Positions 34,965 through 46,102 of a stretch of DNA of 64,000 nucleotides are shown here, in pieces. The position numbers were made by a program, and so were the translations under genes. Below the pieces are notes generated by a model, which worked only from the letters and a program-made list of their open reading frames with translations, was not told the origin of the DNA and ran no database searches. Every line of letters starts with the position of its first letter. Position 1 is the first letter of the stretch. This DNA comes from a virus (lineage: Duplodnaviria; Caudoviricetes). The stretch lies in the IMG/VR virus record IMGVR_UViG_3300010340_001122; one strand, written 5' to 3'.

Positions 34965-35723
34965 TTATGGTTCATAAATTATAATATCAGGAATTCTTTT
35001 TTTAATTACTTGACACCATTTTTCTTCTTTCTCTATTAAAATATATCGTCTATTTGTATTTTTTGCTGCTAAACCGGTAGTTCCACTCCCAGATGTATTA
35101 TCTAATACTAAATCACCCTCATTTGTATATGTTTTTATCAAATATTCACAAAGTGCTAATGGCTTTTGGGTTGGATGTATTGTTCCATCTAATTTATTTT
35201 TTTGTTTATCTGATGAAAAAACTAAAACAGATCTTGGATATCTATCAGTATCACCTCCGCCTGATATAATACGATTCATTTCTCCATATAATTCAGTTTT
35301 ATTCTGAACTTCTGGCCTTTTTGTATATGAGTGCATCGGTTTATGACCAGTAGTTTTTTGAGGATTGTAAGTTGGTGGGTTTTTATAGAAGACTAAGATA
35401 TTCTCATGTGATTTCATAGGCATCTTCTTAGCATTCAGCCATCCAGTTGCTTGTGTTTTTTCCCAGATCCATTCATACTTTAACCAATCTAAATTTGAAC
35501 AACCTAAAACTTTATCAAATGGTGTTTGTGCAAATAATAAAATAGCACCATTATCTTTAATAATTCTTTTATAATGTTCCCATAATAAATTTAAATCTAA
35601 TTGAATATCCCATTTCGCTCTTGTCGTATTATATGGTAAGTCACATAATATTAAATCTATTGATTTATCTTTAATTCTAGGAAATATATTAAAGCAATCA
35701 TCTTGATAAAGTATATTTTCCAT
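34965..35723 (-). CDS. DNA N4/N6 methyltransferase (beta class)
   Basis: CDLPY...HPTQKP...DNTSGSGTT. Confidence 0.92.
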   Translation of the reverse strand: MENILYQDDCFNIFPRIKDKSIDLILCDLPYNTTRAKWDIQLDLNLLWEHYKRIIKDNGAILLFAQTPFDKVLGCSNLDWLKYEWIWEKTQATGWLNAKKMPMKSHENILVFYKNPPTYNPQKTTGHKPMHSYTKRPEVQNKTELYGEMNRIISGGGDTDRYPRSVLVFSSDKQKNKLDGTIHPTQKPLALCEYLIKTYTNEGDLVLDNTSGSGTTGLAAKNTNRRYILIEKEEKWCQVIKKRIPDIIIYEP

Positions 35724-35724
35724 T

Positions 35725-36927
<1,203 letters not shown>

Positions 36928-36966
36928 TTAACATTATTTTATAGATTTATAATAAAATAAGTTTAT

Positions 36967-37551
36967 TTAAGGTAAGTTTAATTTATATAGTTTATTCTCA
37001 TAATCATATGATACCATTCCTATCTTGAACAATTCAAATACTATTTTCTCTGATTTTGCATGGCAATTGTTATGTTGTGTAATAGTGCATAAATCTAAAT
37101 TGGATATGTTATTATTAAGTTTATCTCCATCTATATGATGTACCACTTCATCTTTATACAATTGTCTACCTATCTTTTCTTGTATTAAATAAATATGTTC
37201 TCTTATTCTACCTCCATATGTATTGGAGTATTTATACTCTGATCCGACATATATGGATATATACCCAGATGAATCTATGATTTTTGTACCCAATAAACTT
37301 CTTCTTCTATTATCCAGTCCTATTTGTCCAATTTTTCCTGCAAAGGATTGAGAGTCACCACAAGAATTACAGAAGTGTTTGAAATTATTATTTGCTCTTT
37401 TTTTTGAAAAGTTATCAGTAGTTCTTTCAAATTTTAATCCACAGTTATCACAAGATAAGTGGAAGACTTTTTTTCTACGAGTTTTTTTGTAATTTTTATG
37501 AGAGCCTTTAACCTCATACTCATTCTCAATATACGAAATTTCAATGAACAT
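36967..37551 (-). CDS. HNH homing endonuclease with Zn ribbon
   Basis: CDNCG...FCNSC; EH...IGR.L...EVVHHIDGDKLNN.ISNL...H...H. Confidence 0.88.
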   Translation of the reverse strand: MFIEISYIENEYEVKGSHKNYKKTRRKKVFHLSCDNCGLKFERTTDNFSKKRANNNFKHFCNSCGDSQSFAGKIGQIGLDNRRRSLLGTKIIDSSGYISIYVGSEYKYSNTYGGRIREHIYLIQEKIGRQLYKDEVVHHIDGDKLNNNISNLDLCTITQHNNCHAKSEKIVFELFKIGMVSYDYENKLYKLNLP

Positions 37552-37625
37552 AGTTTGTCTTTTTTATTTTATATATTAAAATCCAAAAGACATATTTATT
37601 TATTAATATATTCAGACATTTGTAT

Positions 37626-37952
37626 TTATATGGAGAATGATTCACCACAACCACAAACCCTCTTAGAATTTGGATTTATCCACTCAAAACCTTTACCGTT
37701 TAGACCATCGGAGTAGTCTAGTTCTGTTCCAATTAAATATAATAATGATTTTTTATTTGTTGCAATTTTCAAATCAAGATGTTCAAATATTTCATCATCA
37801 TCATTTGATTTGTTTGTCAAGTCCATGTTATATTTCAGCCCAGAGCATCCACCACCAACAACTTCAACTCTTAAAAAATAAGTTGAATCGTAGTTAGATT
37901 CTTTAATAAGGTGTTTGACTTTCTGATATGCTTTTTCAGATAGTGTGATCAT
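37626..37952 (-). CDS. iscA: A-type Fe-S carrier protein (IscA/HesB)
   Basis: LRV.V.GGGCSG..Y, LDYSDGL.GKGF...NPN....CGCGESF. Confidence 0.95.
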   Translation of the reverse strand: MITLSEKAYQKVKHLIKESNYDSTYFLRVEVVGGGCSGLKYNMDLTNKSNDDDEIFEHLDLKIATNKKSLLYLIGTELDYSDGLNGKGFEWINPNSKRVCGCGESFSI

Positions 37953-37954
37953 GA

Positions 37955-38578
37955 TTACTTGCTTAAAAGTTTAATTAAATCTTCTGTTATTTTAGAAATT
38001 AATTTTTTACCAGAAGCAATTTCAACATTTGGAATATTTTTTATTGAAGAAAATTCTTGGGCGCCACCGACCTCAATACATTCAATAAGTTTAATCATAT
38101 TTGGATCTTTAGAATATTGGTTCAAATAAAAAGTTTTCAATTCAAGAACAAATTTAACCATATCAAATCCTTTTTTATTATTATACTTAACCATCTGAAG
38201 CTCATTATCTTGCTTTTCAATAAGAATATACCAAATTGAGTTTTTAGAAATCTTAACATTTTCTAAAAAATTATAAGCTTTAGAAGCTTTTGTTTTTTTA
38301 GGAAATTTAGCAACTTTACCATAAAGTTTCACTTGATTATCTTCATTAGTTTTTTCACCCATTGTATTTTCTAATTCAATATTTTGATCTTTAGGTATAA
38401 TACCTTTACGAGATGGCATTTTTTGTATTTTTTTTGATGTATTTGTAATGTTTGGATTACCTGGTCTATCAGAATCTGTGACAGGCTCAACACTAAGTTT
38501 AACTTCTTCTAATTCTTTTTTTTCACTTTTCATATCTGTGAATTTTTTGAATCCTGATATTTTTTTATTATCTGCCAT
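37955..38578 (-). CDS. Hypothetical protein
   Basis: 207 aa; TAATATATA upstream. Confidence 0.7.
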   Translation of the reverse strand: MADNKKISGFKKFTDMKSEKKELEEVKLSVEPVTDSDRPGNPNITNTSKKIQKMPSRKGIIPKDQNIELENTMGEKTNEDNQVKLYGKVAKFPKKTKASKAYNFLENVKISKNSIWYILIEKQDNELQMVKYNNKKGFDMVKFVLELKTFYLNQYSKDPNMIKLIECIEVGGAQEFSSIKNIPNVEIASGKKLISKITEDLIKLLSK

Positions 38579-38632
38579 AGTTCTCTGATTTTCTTGTCTA
38601 TTATATATTATATAATAATAATGGTTTTTTGT

Positions 38633-38887
38633 TTATCCATTATGTTTATAGTAATATTTATCAACCATATAATTTTTAAAATTTTTAACAACATTCATTT
38701 GATCAAATAGTAATGATACTAAAGGTTGCATTTTATTCAACCATCCACTCATCATATCATTTTCATACATATATGGTGATAGTGAAGAATTTAATATTTG
38801 TTTTTCATAATTAACATATTGATCATTATTATCATGTCTGTGCTTCAAATAATGTAATTCCGGTATATCTTTTCTTTCGTATAACAT
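38633..38887 (-). CDS. Hypothetical protein (baseplate region)
   Basis: 84 aa ORF in structural operon. Confidence 0.6.
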   Translation of the reverse strand: MLYERKDIPELHYLKHRHDNNDQYVNYEKQILNSSLSPYMYENDMMSGWLNKMQPLVSLLFDQMNVVKNFKNYMVDKYYYKHNG

Positions 38888-38888
38888 A

Positions 38889-39596
38889 TTAAAATTTAAT
38901 TGATTTTATTTTTGGATTTTTAAGTTTAAATCTTTTATTATCAATTTTTGTAAAACTATCATAAGTAATTTCTTCAAAATAATCATTACAGAATTCTTTT
39001 AACAGACTTATTTGTTTTAAATAAACAGATTCTTCTTCTTTTAATGTGAATGTTAAATAATAATCATTATTAATTTTACTAAAATTAAATTCATTAAAAT
39101 AATTACCACCAATATAATCTGATATTAGATTTTTAAAGATATAATAGTAATCATCAGCGGATGGATCATTTTTAATAAAATTTACCAATATAGTTTGCCA
39201 ACTTGAACAACTTCCATGATCTAGTCTAATAAAGGACTGAGAATCTAAAATATTATTAACTCTATCAACCATAGATTTCAATTCACTTATAAAATCTACA
39301 AAATTTGAAAAATCATCATTACTAAATAAACATTTTTTAAAAGTAGTATATCTAAACTCCATTTCATAACCACATTTTACGACATCACCATCCCCAAAAT
39401 CATCGTAATTACGATTATCTTGATCAATATCATTGTTATTATCAAAATTATATCCCGAAAAATAAATATTATTCAATTTTATATCCAAACCTATATCTGA
39501 TAATCCAGTAAATATATCTTTAATACTCGATATTTCTTCTTCTATAAAAAGAATATCCGTTTTTTCATTTTCGAATATTTTTTTCAAATACCTCAT
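38889..39596 (-). CDS. Hypothetical protein with N-terminal tag
   Basis: MRYLKKIFEN...IKDIF. Confidence 0.65.
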   Translation of the reverse strand: MRYLKKIFENEKTDILFIEEEISSIKDIFTGLSDIGLDIKLNNIYFSGYNFDNNNDIDQDNRNYDDFGDGDVVKCGYEMEFRYTTFKKCLFSNDDFSNFVDFISELKSMVDRVNNILDSQSFIRLDHGSCSSWQTILVNFIKNDPSADDYYYIFKNLISDYIGGNYFNEFNFSKINNDYYLTFTLKEEESVYLKQISLLKEFCNDYFEEITYDSFTKIDNKRFKLKNPKIKSIKF

Positions 39597-41359
39597 ACCA
39601 CATTATTTCTCAATTTTGAATCAACAACACCTTTCTTTATTATATTAATTGATTTAAGTCCTGTGCTATCCATCTCATCTGAAAAATAAATTCCATTTCT
39701 ATCATACCAACCTCCTCTTATAATAGGAATTTCTTGAGGTTCAAATATAATATCACCCAAAACAGGATCTAATCCTAAAGTCGCATTGGGTTTATAGTCG
39801 GGATTTGTTTTAACAACTTCTATTCCAGAATTTGCAACAGGTATATCTTTATTTTTATTTGCACTTATATTAACATCAAATTTAGTCTCATTCATTCGTT
39901 TATCTTCTTGTCTTTTAATTTCTTCTCTATGATACTCCTCATTCTTTTTACAGATAAATTGCACATCAACTGAATGCACATCATTAATATTAGAAATTAT
40001 TTTAACTAAATCGGACTTAGGTATTCTATCAATTCTACTAAAATTTAAAAAATATTCCGAAACAACATCTATAACCTGAGATTGAACAGAATCATCAGTT
40101 GAGTCTGAATATCTTATGATAAATATATTCATCATATAATATGATAGTTTAGGTGAATCAATTCTATATTTTTTACTAATTTGTATATTACCATTTGTTC
40201 TTAAATATTTATCTATTTTAGATTTCTCATACCTATCTAATTCAAATGCTTTTACACCAACACTGAAATAATCAGCATTTTGATTTTTAAATAATCTTAT
40301 ATTTGGTGTTGCAACTATATAAACAATTCCCAAATCTTCGTAAGCATTAACATGTGAAAATACTCCTAGTTTTTTTATTTCATAAGCATATTGTTGTGGT
40401 AAACCCAAAACAAAATTATTTGAAACTATTGGTAATATATTTTTAGTAAATGTGACACTCTCTTTATTAGCGCCAAAATTAATATCATTAAATATTGCAA
40501 CATCAAATATCTTAGAAGCGTCGATAGTAGCACCAAATCCATCAATTGCATCATCTAAAAATTTCCAATCGTTGAATGTTCTTCTAAAAATATTTCCATC
40601 AGCGCCATCTGACACTATATAAGTAACTGAAATATTTGATCCAATTGTTGGTATTGATCCAAAACCACCATTTCCAAATATTATATCAATACCACCGTTA
40701 AATCCTGTTCTAACAACACAAGCTTCTTCATTAGGTTTTAACTCATATAAATGTTTTTTTGTTGTCCAATATGAACCATTTACTAAGACTTCGTAATTAA
40801 AATTCTCTATATCTTGTCTACCAGTCAATGAAACTTGAAAAGTCTGATTTGGATTCCCGGTTCCAGTAAATATGGTTGTTTTGAATTTACCTTGTATAAT
40901 AGGTAAAAATATTTGAGTATTTTTATTAACCATATATGTAATCTTGTCTTGTCCTAAATTAAGAGAATAATCTAATGAATTAGTTTTATTTTTTAATCCA
41001 CTTTTATTATTAAAAGTAATTCTTCCTCCTTTAAGTTCTTTTTCTAAGTCCACACCTGGTTTAACTGTTAATTTTAAGTTACCAGTTGCTGATATATTTC
41101 TACCTGGAATATGTCCAGCAAAAATAGCAGCATTTTTAATGATAGATTCATTGAGTGAATTTGGCTCACTTAAATCGAATTGTTTTATAGAATTTTTTAA
41201 ATATAAAAAAGATAATTGATGAAGATTTTCTAAAACTCCAAGAATTTGACCATATGGTGAAGCTGGAGAATATAAAAAACTAGATTTATTATGTTCTAAT
41301 TTTAAAAATCTTTCAACTTCTCCTTTAATATTACTAAATGAAATCTCAACAAACTTCAT
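39593..41359 (-). CDS. Baseplate wedge subunit (T4 gp6-like)
   Basis: FTGTG.PNQ.F, V.VNG..W, IIFGNG.FG.IP..G..I.V.Y..SDG.DGN, G...ES. Confidence 0.75.
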   Translation of the reverse strand: MKFVEISFSNIKGEVERFLKLEHNKSSFLYSPASPYGQILGVLENLHQLSFLYLKNSIKQFDLSEPNSLNESIIKNAAIFAGHIPGRNISATGNLKLTVKPGVDLEKELKGGRITFNNKSGLKNKTNSLDYSLNLGQDKITYMVNKNTQIFLPIIQGKFKTTIFTGTGNPNQTFQVSLTGRQDIENFNYEVLVNGSYWTTKKHLYELKPNEEACVVRTGFNGGIDIIFGNGGFGSIPTIGSNISVTYIVSDGADGNIFRRTFNDWKFLDDAIDGFGATIDASKIFDVAIFNDINFGANKESVTFTKNILPIVSNNFVLGLPQQYAYEIKKLGVFSHVNAYEDLGIVYIVATPNIRLFKNQNADYFSVGVKAFELDRYEKSKIDKYLRTNGNIQISKKYRIDSPKLSYYMMNIFIIRYSDSTDDSVQSQVIDVVSEYFLNFSRIDRIPKSDLVKIISNINDVHSVDVQFICKKNEEYHREEIKRQEDKRMNETKFDVNISANKNKDIPVANSGIEVVKTNPDYKPNATLGLDPVLGDIIFEPQEIPIIRGGWYDRNGIYFSDEMDSTGLKSINIIKKGVVDSKLRNNVV

Positions 41360-41366
41360 GATTTAA

Positions 41367-41684
41367 TTAATTTTTTAAATATTCTTCTGAAAATCTATTA
41401 TTTATGATAATATCATCAATTATTAATCCAATACTTTCTACATCAGTATTTCTAGATATTAGATCAGAATTTTCATTTAGAGGATTTGAGTAATAATAAA
41501 AATTAAAATTATAGATATTATCAATATTTCTATAAGGAATAATAATTTTAACTTCTTTTGATTCTTTAATTAAGATTTCAAAATAATTTCCAAATTTCAA
41601 AGATGATTTTTCTTTTATTTCAACATCTTCATGTTTAGAAGAAAGTATTGAATGAATTCTATTAATATTATAACGAATATCCAT
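41367..41684 (-). CDS. Hypothetical protein
   Basis: 105 aa; TAATATATA upstream. Confidence 0.6.
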   Translation of the reverse strand: MDIRYNINRIHSILSSKHEDVEIKEKSSLKFGNYFEILIKESKEVKIIIPYRNIDNIYNFNFYYYSNPLNENSDLISRNTDVESIGLIIDDIIINNRFSEEYLKN

Positions 41685-41772
41685 AAGTTATTTAATTTTT
41701 AATTATATATTAATTGGGATATACCTTCTTAATATATAATTAAGAAGTGTTATTCACTATAATATTAAAATA

Positions 41773-41866
41773 TGACTTAGGACCGCTAAGTTACAGACCA
41801 TGATGTGATTCGCTATCTCCATCAAGTGTCGCAAATCCCTTAGAATTTAAACACTAAGGGATTTTT
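41773..41866 (+). ncRNA. Candidate small structured RNA plus terminator
   Basis: TGACTTAG/CTAAGTTA; TGATG/CATCA with TTCGCTA loop; AAATCCCTTAG/CTAAGGGATTTTT. Confidence 0.45.
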
Positions 41867-41892
41867 GTTGTTATTAAATTAATATATATTAT

Positions 41893-42618
41893 ATGGAGAT
41901 GCAAGATTTATACAAGATGTTGGAGGCTTATGGGATTAGAGGAGCAATATTTGGAATTATATTTTTCATTATTGGGACAATTATTAAAAGTAGTTGGTTT
42001 TCAGAATGGTGGTCCAAGACAACTGACAAAATTATTCAATTTTTTATGAAAAAGAAAGTTAAAGAAATTCCACATGGTGAAATTTCTGAGTCAGATATTA
42101 TAAATCATGACATTTTCAACTATATAGATTTTTGGACATATTCTAAAGTTCCAACTTTTCAATTTTCAACCGATTATAGAACAGTAATATTTAAAAAATA
42201 TTTAACTATTTTTTTAAAATGTTATAAAAAAGGACTCTCAGATTTTGTTCAAAATAGAGATTATCATAACATGGATCAATCACATCTTTGGAAGAGTTTA
42301 TTAGAATTAATAAATCGAATTGTATGGGATTATGAAAAAGAATGTGAAGAAGTAGGTATTCCGAAAATTATTCTTTTAAAGATGAAATCAAAAAATAATG
42401 ATACTATAACATTAACTATTGATTTAATTGAAAGTATTTCTAATTCTCAATTCTATGAAAGTGAAAAGAATCTTTTAAAAATGTATTCTATATTAAATAT
42501 TTTACTTTCAATATTAGAAAATACAATTTCAAATTCTCAAAGTGTTTGTAATTCAATAAATGGTCAATTAAAGGGTTTAAGTATAGTAGAAGGTGGTAAG
42601 AATTATAAAGAGCCTTAA
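41893..42618 (+). CDS. Membrane-anchored protein
   Basis: N-terminal TM followed by a helical soluble domain. Confidence 0.65.
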   Translation: MEMQDLYKMLEAYGIRGAIFGIIFFIIGTIIKSSWFSEWWSKTTDKIIQFFMKKKVKEIPHGEISESDIINHDIFNYIDFWTYSKVPTFQFSTDYRTVIFKKYLTIFLKCYKKGLSDFVQNRDYHNMDQSHLWKSLLELINRIVWDYEKECEEVGIPKIILLKMKSKNNDTITLTIDLIESISNSQFYESEKNLLKMYSILNILLSILENTISNSQSVCNSINGQLKGLSIVEGGKNYKEP

Positions 42619-43169
42619 TCCATTAAATTTATTATGTCATCAACCTCAAAATCTGGGTCTGTGATTTTCAAATCATAATCTCTGAAATCATTAAAATCTA
42701 ACTCATCAGCTTCTAGTCTTCTCATTACGGAATCATTATTATCATTTCTTCTAAGAATTCTACTTTCTCTTACTTTTCTATCTATATCAAGATAAACGAC
42801 AAAACACTTTTTTCTAAAAATAACATCTATTTGATTTAATTCACCAGGAGTCATTATAAATGCTTGTGAATTATTAAAATCTTCTTTTAAGATTCCATAT
42901 TTCCAAAGTTCTTTCTTATCATTAAAAAAATCTTGAGTCACAATTAAATCTAAATTATTAAATTCATCAAGTGTTTTAAAATAATAAGTGACACCATCTG
43001 TTTCATTTTCTCTTTTAGGTCTTGATGTTACTTTAATAGAAGTTTCTAATCCCTTCTTCCTCAATTCTCTTAATAGATGATCTTTACCTGATCCGGATTT
43101 ACCAACAATAATTAATTTTTCTAATTTATCATTTAACACATTAAAAGTTATATTTATATGGTATATCAA
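42615..43169 (-). CDS. gmk: Guanylate kinase (start uncertain)
   Basis: GKSGSGKD, TSRPKRENETDGVTYYF, KYG, R...R.D...RRL..D. Confidence 0.88.
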   Translation of the reverse strand: MIYHINITFNVLNDKLEKLIIVGKSGSGKDHLLRELRKKGLETSIKVTSRPKRENETDGVTYYFKTLDEFNNLDLIVTQDFFNDKKELWKYGILKEDFNNSQAFIMTPGELNQIDVIFRKKCFVVYLDIDRKVRESRILRRNDNNDSVMRRLEADELDFNDFRDYDLKITDPDFEVDDIINLMD

Positions 43170-43185
43170 ATAAATATTAAAATGT

Positions 43186-43947
43186 TTAGGTTACCCAAGA
43201 TATATCAAATTCTGGATTTAAACAAAATTGAATATAATTAACTATATCTTTTTTATTATCATAATAACCTGTACTACGATGTCTATTGTAGTTTTTATGT
43301 ATTTTATATCTACCGGCATCTTCTGGTTTAGATGGTGGATAAACCCAATTTGTTGAAGAAGTTAATTCTACACCATTTATTTTAATATTTAAAAAATCTT
43401 CAATTGTTTTTTTCTGGTATGATTCAAGTTCTTCTTGATTTTTAAAATAAATATTTAATAATTTATTTATTCCAGTGGATGACATTGTTATTGTGCAATT
43501 TTTAGGTATTTTTAAGTATTCTTTTAAATTATCAAAATCTAATCTTAATAAACCATCTTTTCCTATTTTCCAAAAATCTCCAGACTCTGGTGTTCCTTCA
43601 TTTATATAAAGATCAATTTGAAGATCTCCATCACTATATTCACTATAATCAAAATTAATATCAATTTCTTCTGTGTGAGCTTTTCTTAGTCGTTCTAAAC
43701 TTTCTTTTATTTTTGATAAAACATCAAAATGTTTTTTCTTTTGATTAAAAAAATTATCAAATGATGAAGATGATGTTTTATCACATGGAACTGTACAACA
43801 TATTATTACAGATGACTTATATTCTTCTGCAAATTGTTCAGAATCTGCCAATTCCGCAATATCTTCATCAAATAAATCTTGAAAACATTCTTTAGCATTT
43901 TCAAGTAATTCTTCATTTTTGAAATTTTCAAATAATTTAATCCTCAT
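43186..43947 (-). CDS. Hypothetical protein with N-terminal tag
   Basis: MRIKLFENFKNEE. Confidence 0.7.
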   Translation of the reverse strand: MRIKLFENFKNEELLENAKECFQDLFDEDIAELADSEQFAEEYKSSVIICCTVPCDKTSSSSFDNFFNQKKKHFDVLSKIKESLERLRKAHTEEIDINFDYSEYSDGDLQIDLYINEGTPESGDFWKIGKDGLLRLDFDNLKEYLKIPKNCTITMSSTGINKLLNIYFKNQEELESYQKKTIEDFLNIKINGVELTSSTNWVYPPSKPEDAGRYKIHKNYNRHRSTGYYDNKKDIVNYIQFCLNPEFDISWVT

Positions 43948-43957
43948 GTTAAAACTA

Positions 43958-44794
43958 TTAAGAATTTTTTATAATATTTGTTATTTCAGATTTAATTTTA
44001 CCAAGTTCAGTATATTCAAACTCTTTTGGAAATTTATTTCCTTGTTTTTTAACACCTATATAATCTTCTCTGAACATAACTTGTGCGATATGTTCTCCAT
44101 CATAGTGAATTTCAAAATCACTACCAATTTTTTTAATTTTTGCACCCAATCCAGAAATATGAGATTCTATCTTATCTTGAAAAGATGATATTTTAATATC
44201 TCTATCTTTTGATGTAATTGCTTTATAAGCTTTGCCTTCTTTAACTTTTGTTACTTTTGTAGTAATATCTTTTTTCTCAAAATCGCTAAAATTCATTATC
44301 TTCCCTGAAGATTTTTTATTGGATATCATATCTTTAATTGTTTTCATATCTAATTGTTTATGTCTTGATTTTTTAGTGATTACATTTGGATCTCCTTCTC
44401 TTTTCTTTCTCATTCCAGATGGAATAGGCATTTTTTGAAACATTCTATTCGCACCACTCGGATTATAAGGTGCGGATATATCTCCCGATCCACCAGACCC
44501 ACCACCATTAATCCAATTAACTCCATTTAAGGATCCTGGAAAGGCTGATGGTTGTGATGATACAACTGCTCCCATTCCAGCAGTTGTTGCATTTGCAAGT
44601 GATACACCACCACCTCCAAATCCAACACTAGATGATCCGGCAGATCCAGAAGGACCTCCGGTAGCCGTGTCTTCAAAAATTCTTTCTTTTTTATCGATAA
44701 TTTTTTTCACTAATTCGATATCGGAAATATTATAATTTCCCTTTTCCATTTTTTCAAGTAGAACATAAAGTTCGTATAAAGAAATATTTTTCAT
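43958..44794 (-). CDS. Hypothetical protein with Gly/Ser-rich segment
   Basis: EDTATGGPSG...; TAATATA upstream. Confidence 0.7.
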   Translation of the reverse strand: MKNISLYELYVLLEKMEKGNYNISDIELVKKIIDKKERIFEDTATGGPSGSAGSSSVGFGGGGVSLANATTAGMGAVVSSQPSAFPGSLNGVNWINGGGSGGSGDISAPYNPSGANRMFQKMPIPSGMRKKREGDPNVITKKSRHKQLDMKTIKDMISNKKSSGKIMNFSDFEKKDITTKVTKVKEGKAYKAITSKDRDIKISSFQDKIESHISGLGAKIKKIGSDFEIHYDGEHIAQVMFREDYIGVKKQGNKFPKEFEYTELGKIKSEITNIIKNS

Positions 44795-44856
44795 CTATAA
44801 GTCTGTTATTTTATTATATATTAAAACATCAATGTATTATTTTAATATGAATATAA

Positions 44857-45447
44857 ATGGCCAATCTTAAATATTTAGAATTTCAAAGATTAATTAAAGA
44901 ATTACAATTTGTTGAAACAGATTATCTATACCAATCAGAGATAATAAATCAAACTGATAAATTATTTTTAGATTCAGTAAATGTTGTTCTTGATAAATAT
45001 CCTGATCTTAAAAATATATGGACAGAAAAGCAGTTTTCTGAAGAATCTTCAAAAAATGATGATTCTATAATAGATGTTGAGATCAATGCTGAAATAGTAC
45101 CTACTAAACCCAAACATAGTTCCGAAATTAAAAAAATTTATAGAGAAATTGTAAAATCCACACATCCAGATAAAATCAAAAATTCAAAATTAAATGAATT
45201 ATATTTAGAAGCTACAGGGGCTTATGAGTCAAATGATTTAATTACATTATATAAAGTTTGTTCTGATCTAATGATAGATTTTGAATGGTCAGATGATGAG
45301 ATAATGAGAATTAAAGAAAGAGTTGAAAAATATAGAAATCAAATTAATTTTTTAGAATCAACATATACTTTTAAATGGTTAAAATCTGATGATGATGATG
45401 AGAAATTAAAAATAATTTTAAAATTTATTGAAAATAAAATTAAATAA
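44857..45447 (+). CDS. J-domain-containing protein
   Basis: IKKIYREIVKSTHPDK...AYE. Confidence 0.75.
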   Translation: MANLKYLEFQRLIKELQFVETDYLYQSEIINQTDKLFLDSVNVVLDKYPDLKNIWTEKQFSEESSKNDDSIIDVEINAEIVPTKPKHSSEIKKIYREIVKSTHPDKIKNSKLNELYLEATGAYESNDLITLYKVCSDLMIDFEWSDDEIMRIKERVEKYRNQINFLESTYTFKWLKSDDDDEKLKIILKFIENKIK

Positions 45448-46069
45448 TATTTAAAGTTACTTTATTATTGTCTAGAATTTCTTGTAGTTCTTCTTTTCTA
45501 AATGTTTTTTTATAAACATCATTACTTTTATCTGAATTTTGAAGTTCCCAATCATTCCCATTAGAAGTTGAGTAAATATAATTCTGATCTCCATCAACTA
45601 TTTCAATTGTTCTACTAGTTAATTTATCATAAAACTTTTTAATATCATCTTTAACTTTAAAAAGTTTAGTTTCATCCCATTTTTTCAAGGTTTCATTCCA
45701 AGTTTGGAAAAGAATATATTCTGGATTTTCTAATTCACTAGAATTAAAGTCATAAAGAAACATAAATTTACAAGGCTTATTAACAAATGTTTGAAAATCA
45801 TCAGAATTTTGTATTGTTGATTTTTTCAATCCAATAGATGACAATGAATTAATAAATTCTGTATTATCAGATAAGATATCTAAATCTAATTTATTTTTAA
45901 AGTCATCAGATAACTTAATTGTGGTTATCAAATCTACCCTTTCTGCTGATATTGATGTCATTAAAACATCATGCCATATATTTAATGATTCCATTAAATC
46001 TATTTGATTATATGTTAAATCAATATGTAATGATTCTTTATATTTTTTAAATCCTTTAATCCATCTCAT
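45440..46069 (-). CDS. Hypothetical protein with N-terminal tag
   Basis: MRWIKGFKKYKES; TAATATATA upstream. Confidence 0.7.
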   Translation of the reverse strand: MRWIKGFKKYKESLHIDLTYNQIDLMESLNIWHDVLMTSISAERVDLITTIKLSDDFKNKLDLDILSDNTEFINSLSSIGLKKSTIQNSDDFQTFVNKPCKFMFLYDFNSSELENPEYILFQTWNETLKKWDETKLFKVKDDIKKFYDKLTSRTIEIVDGDQNYIYSTSNGNDWELQNSDKSNDVYKKTFRKEELQEILDNNKVTLNII

Positions 46070-46102
46070 TTATTATATATTAATTACATTTAATCATATC
46101 TA

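Noticed and set aside
34198-35723. Restriction-modification system
   Set aside because: Two orphan methyltransferases with no adjacent cognate restriction enzyme; common anti-restriction cargo in large phages.
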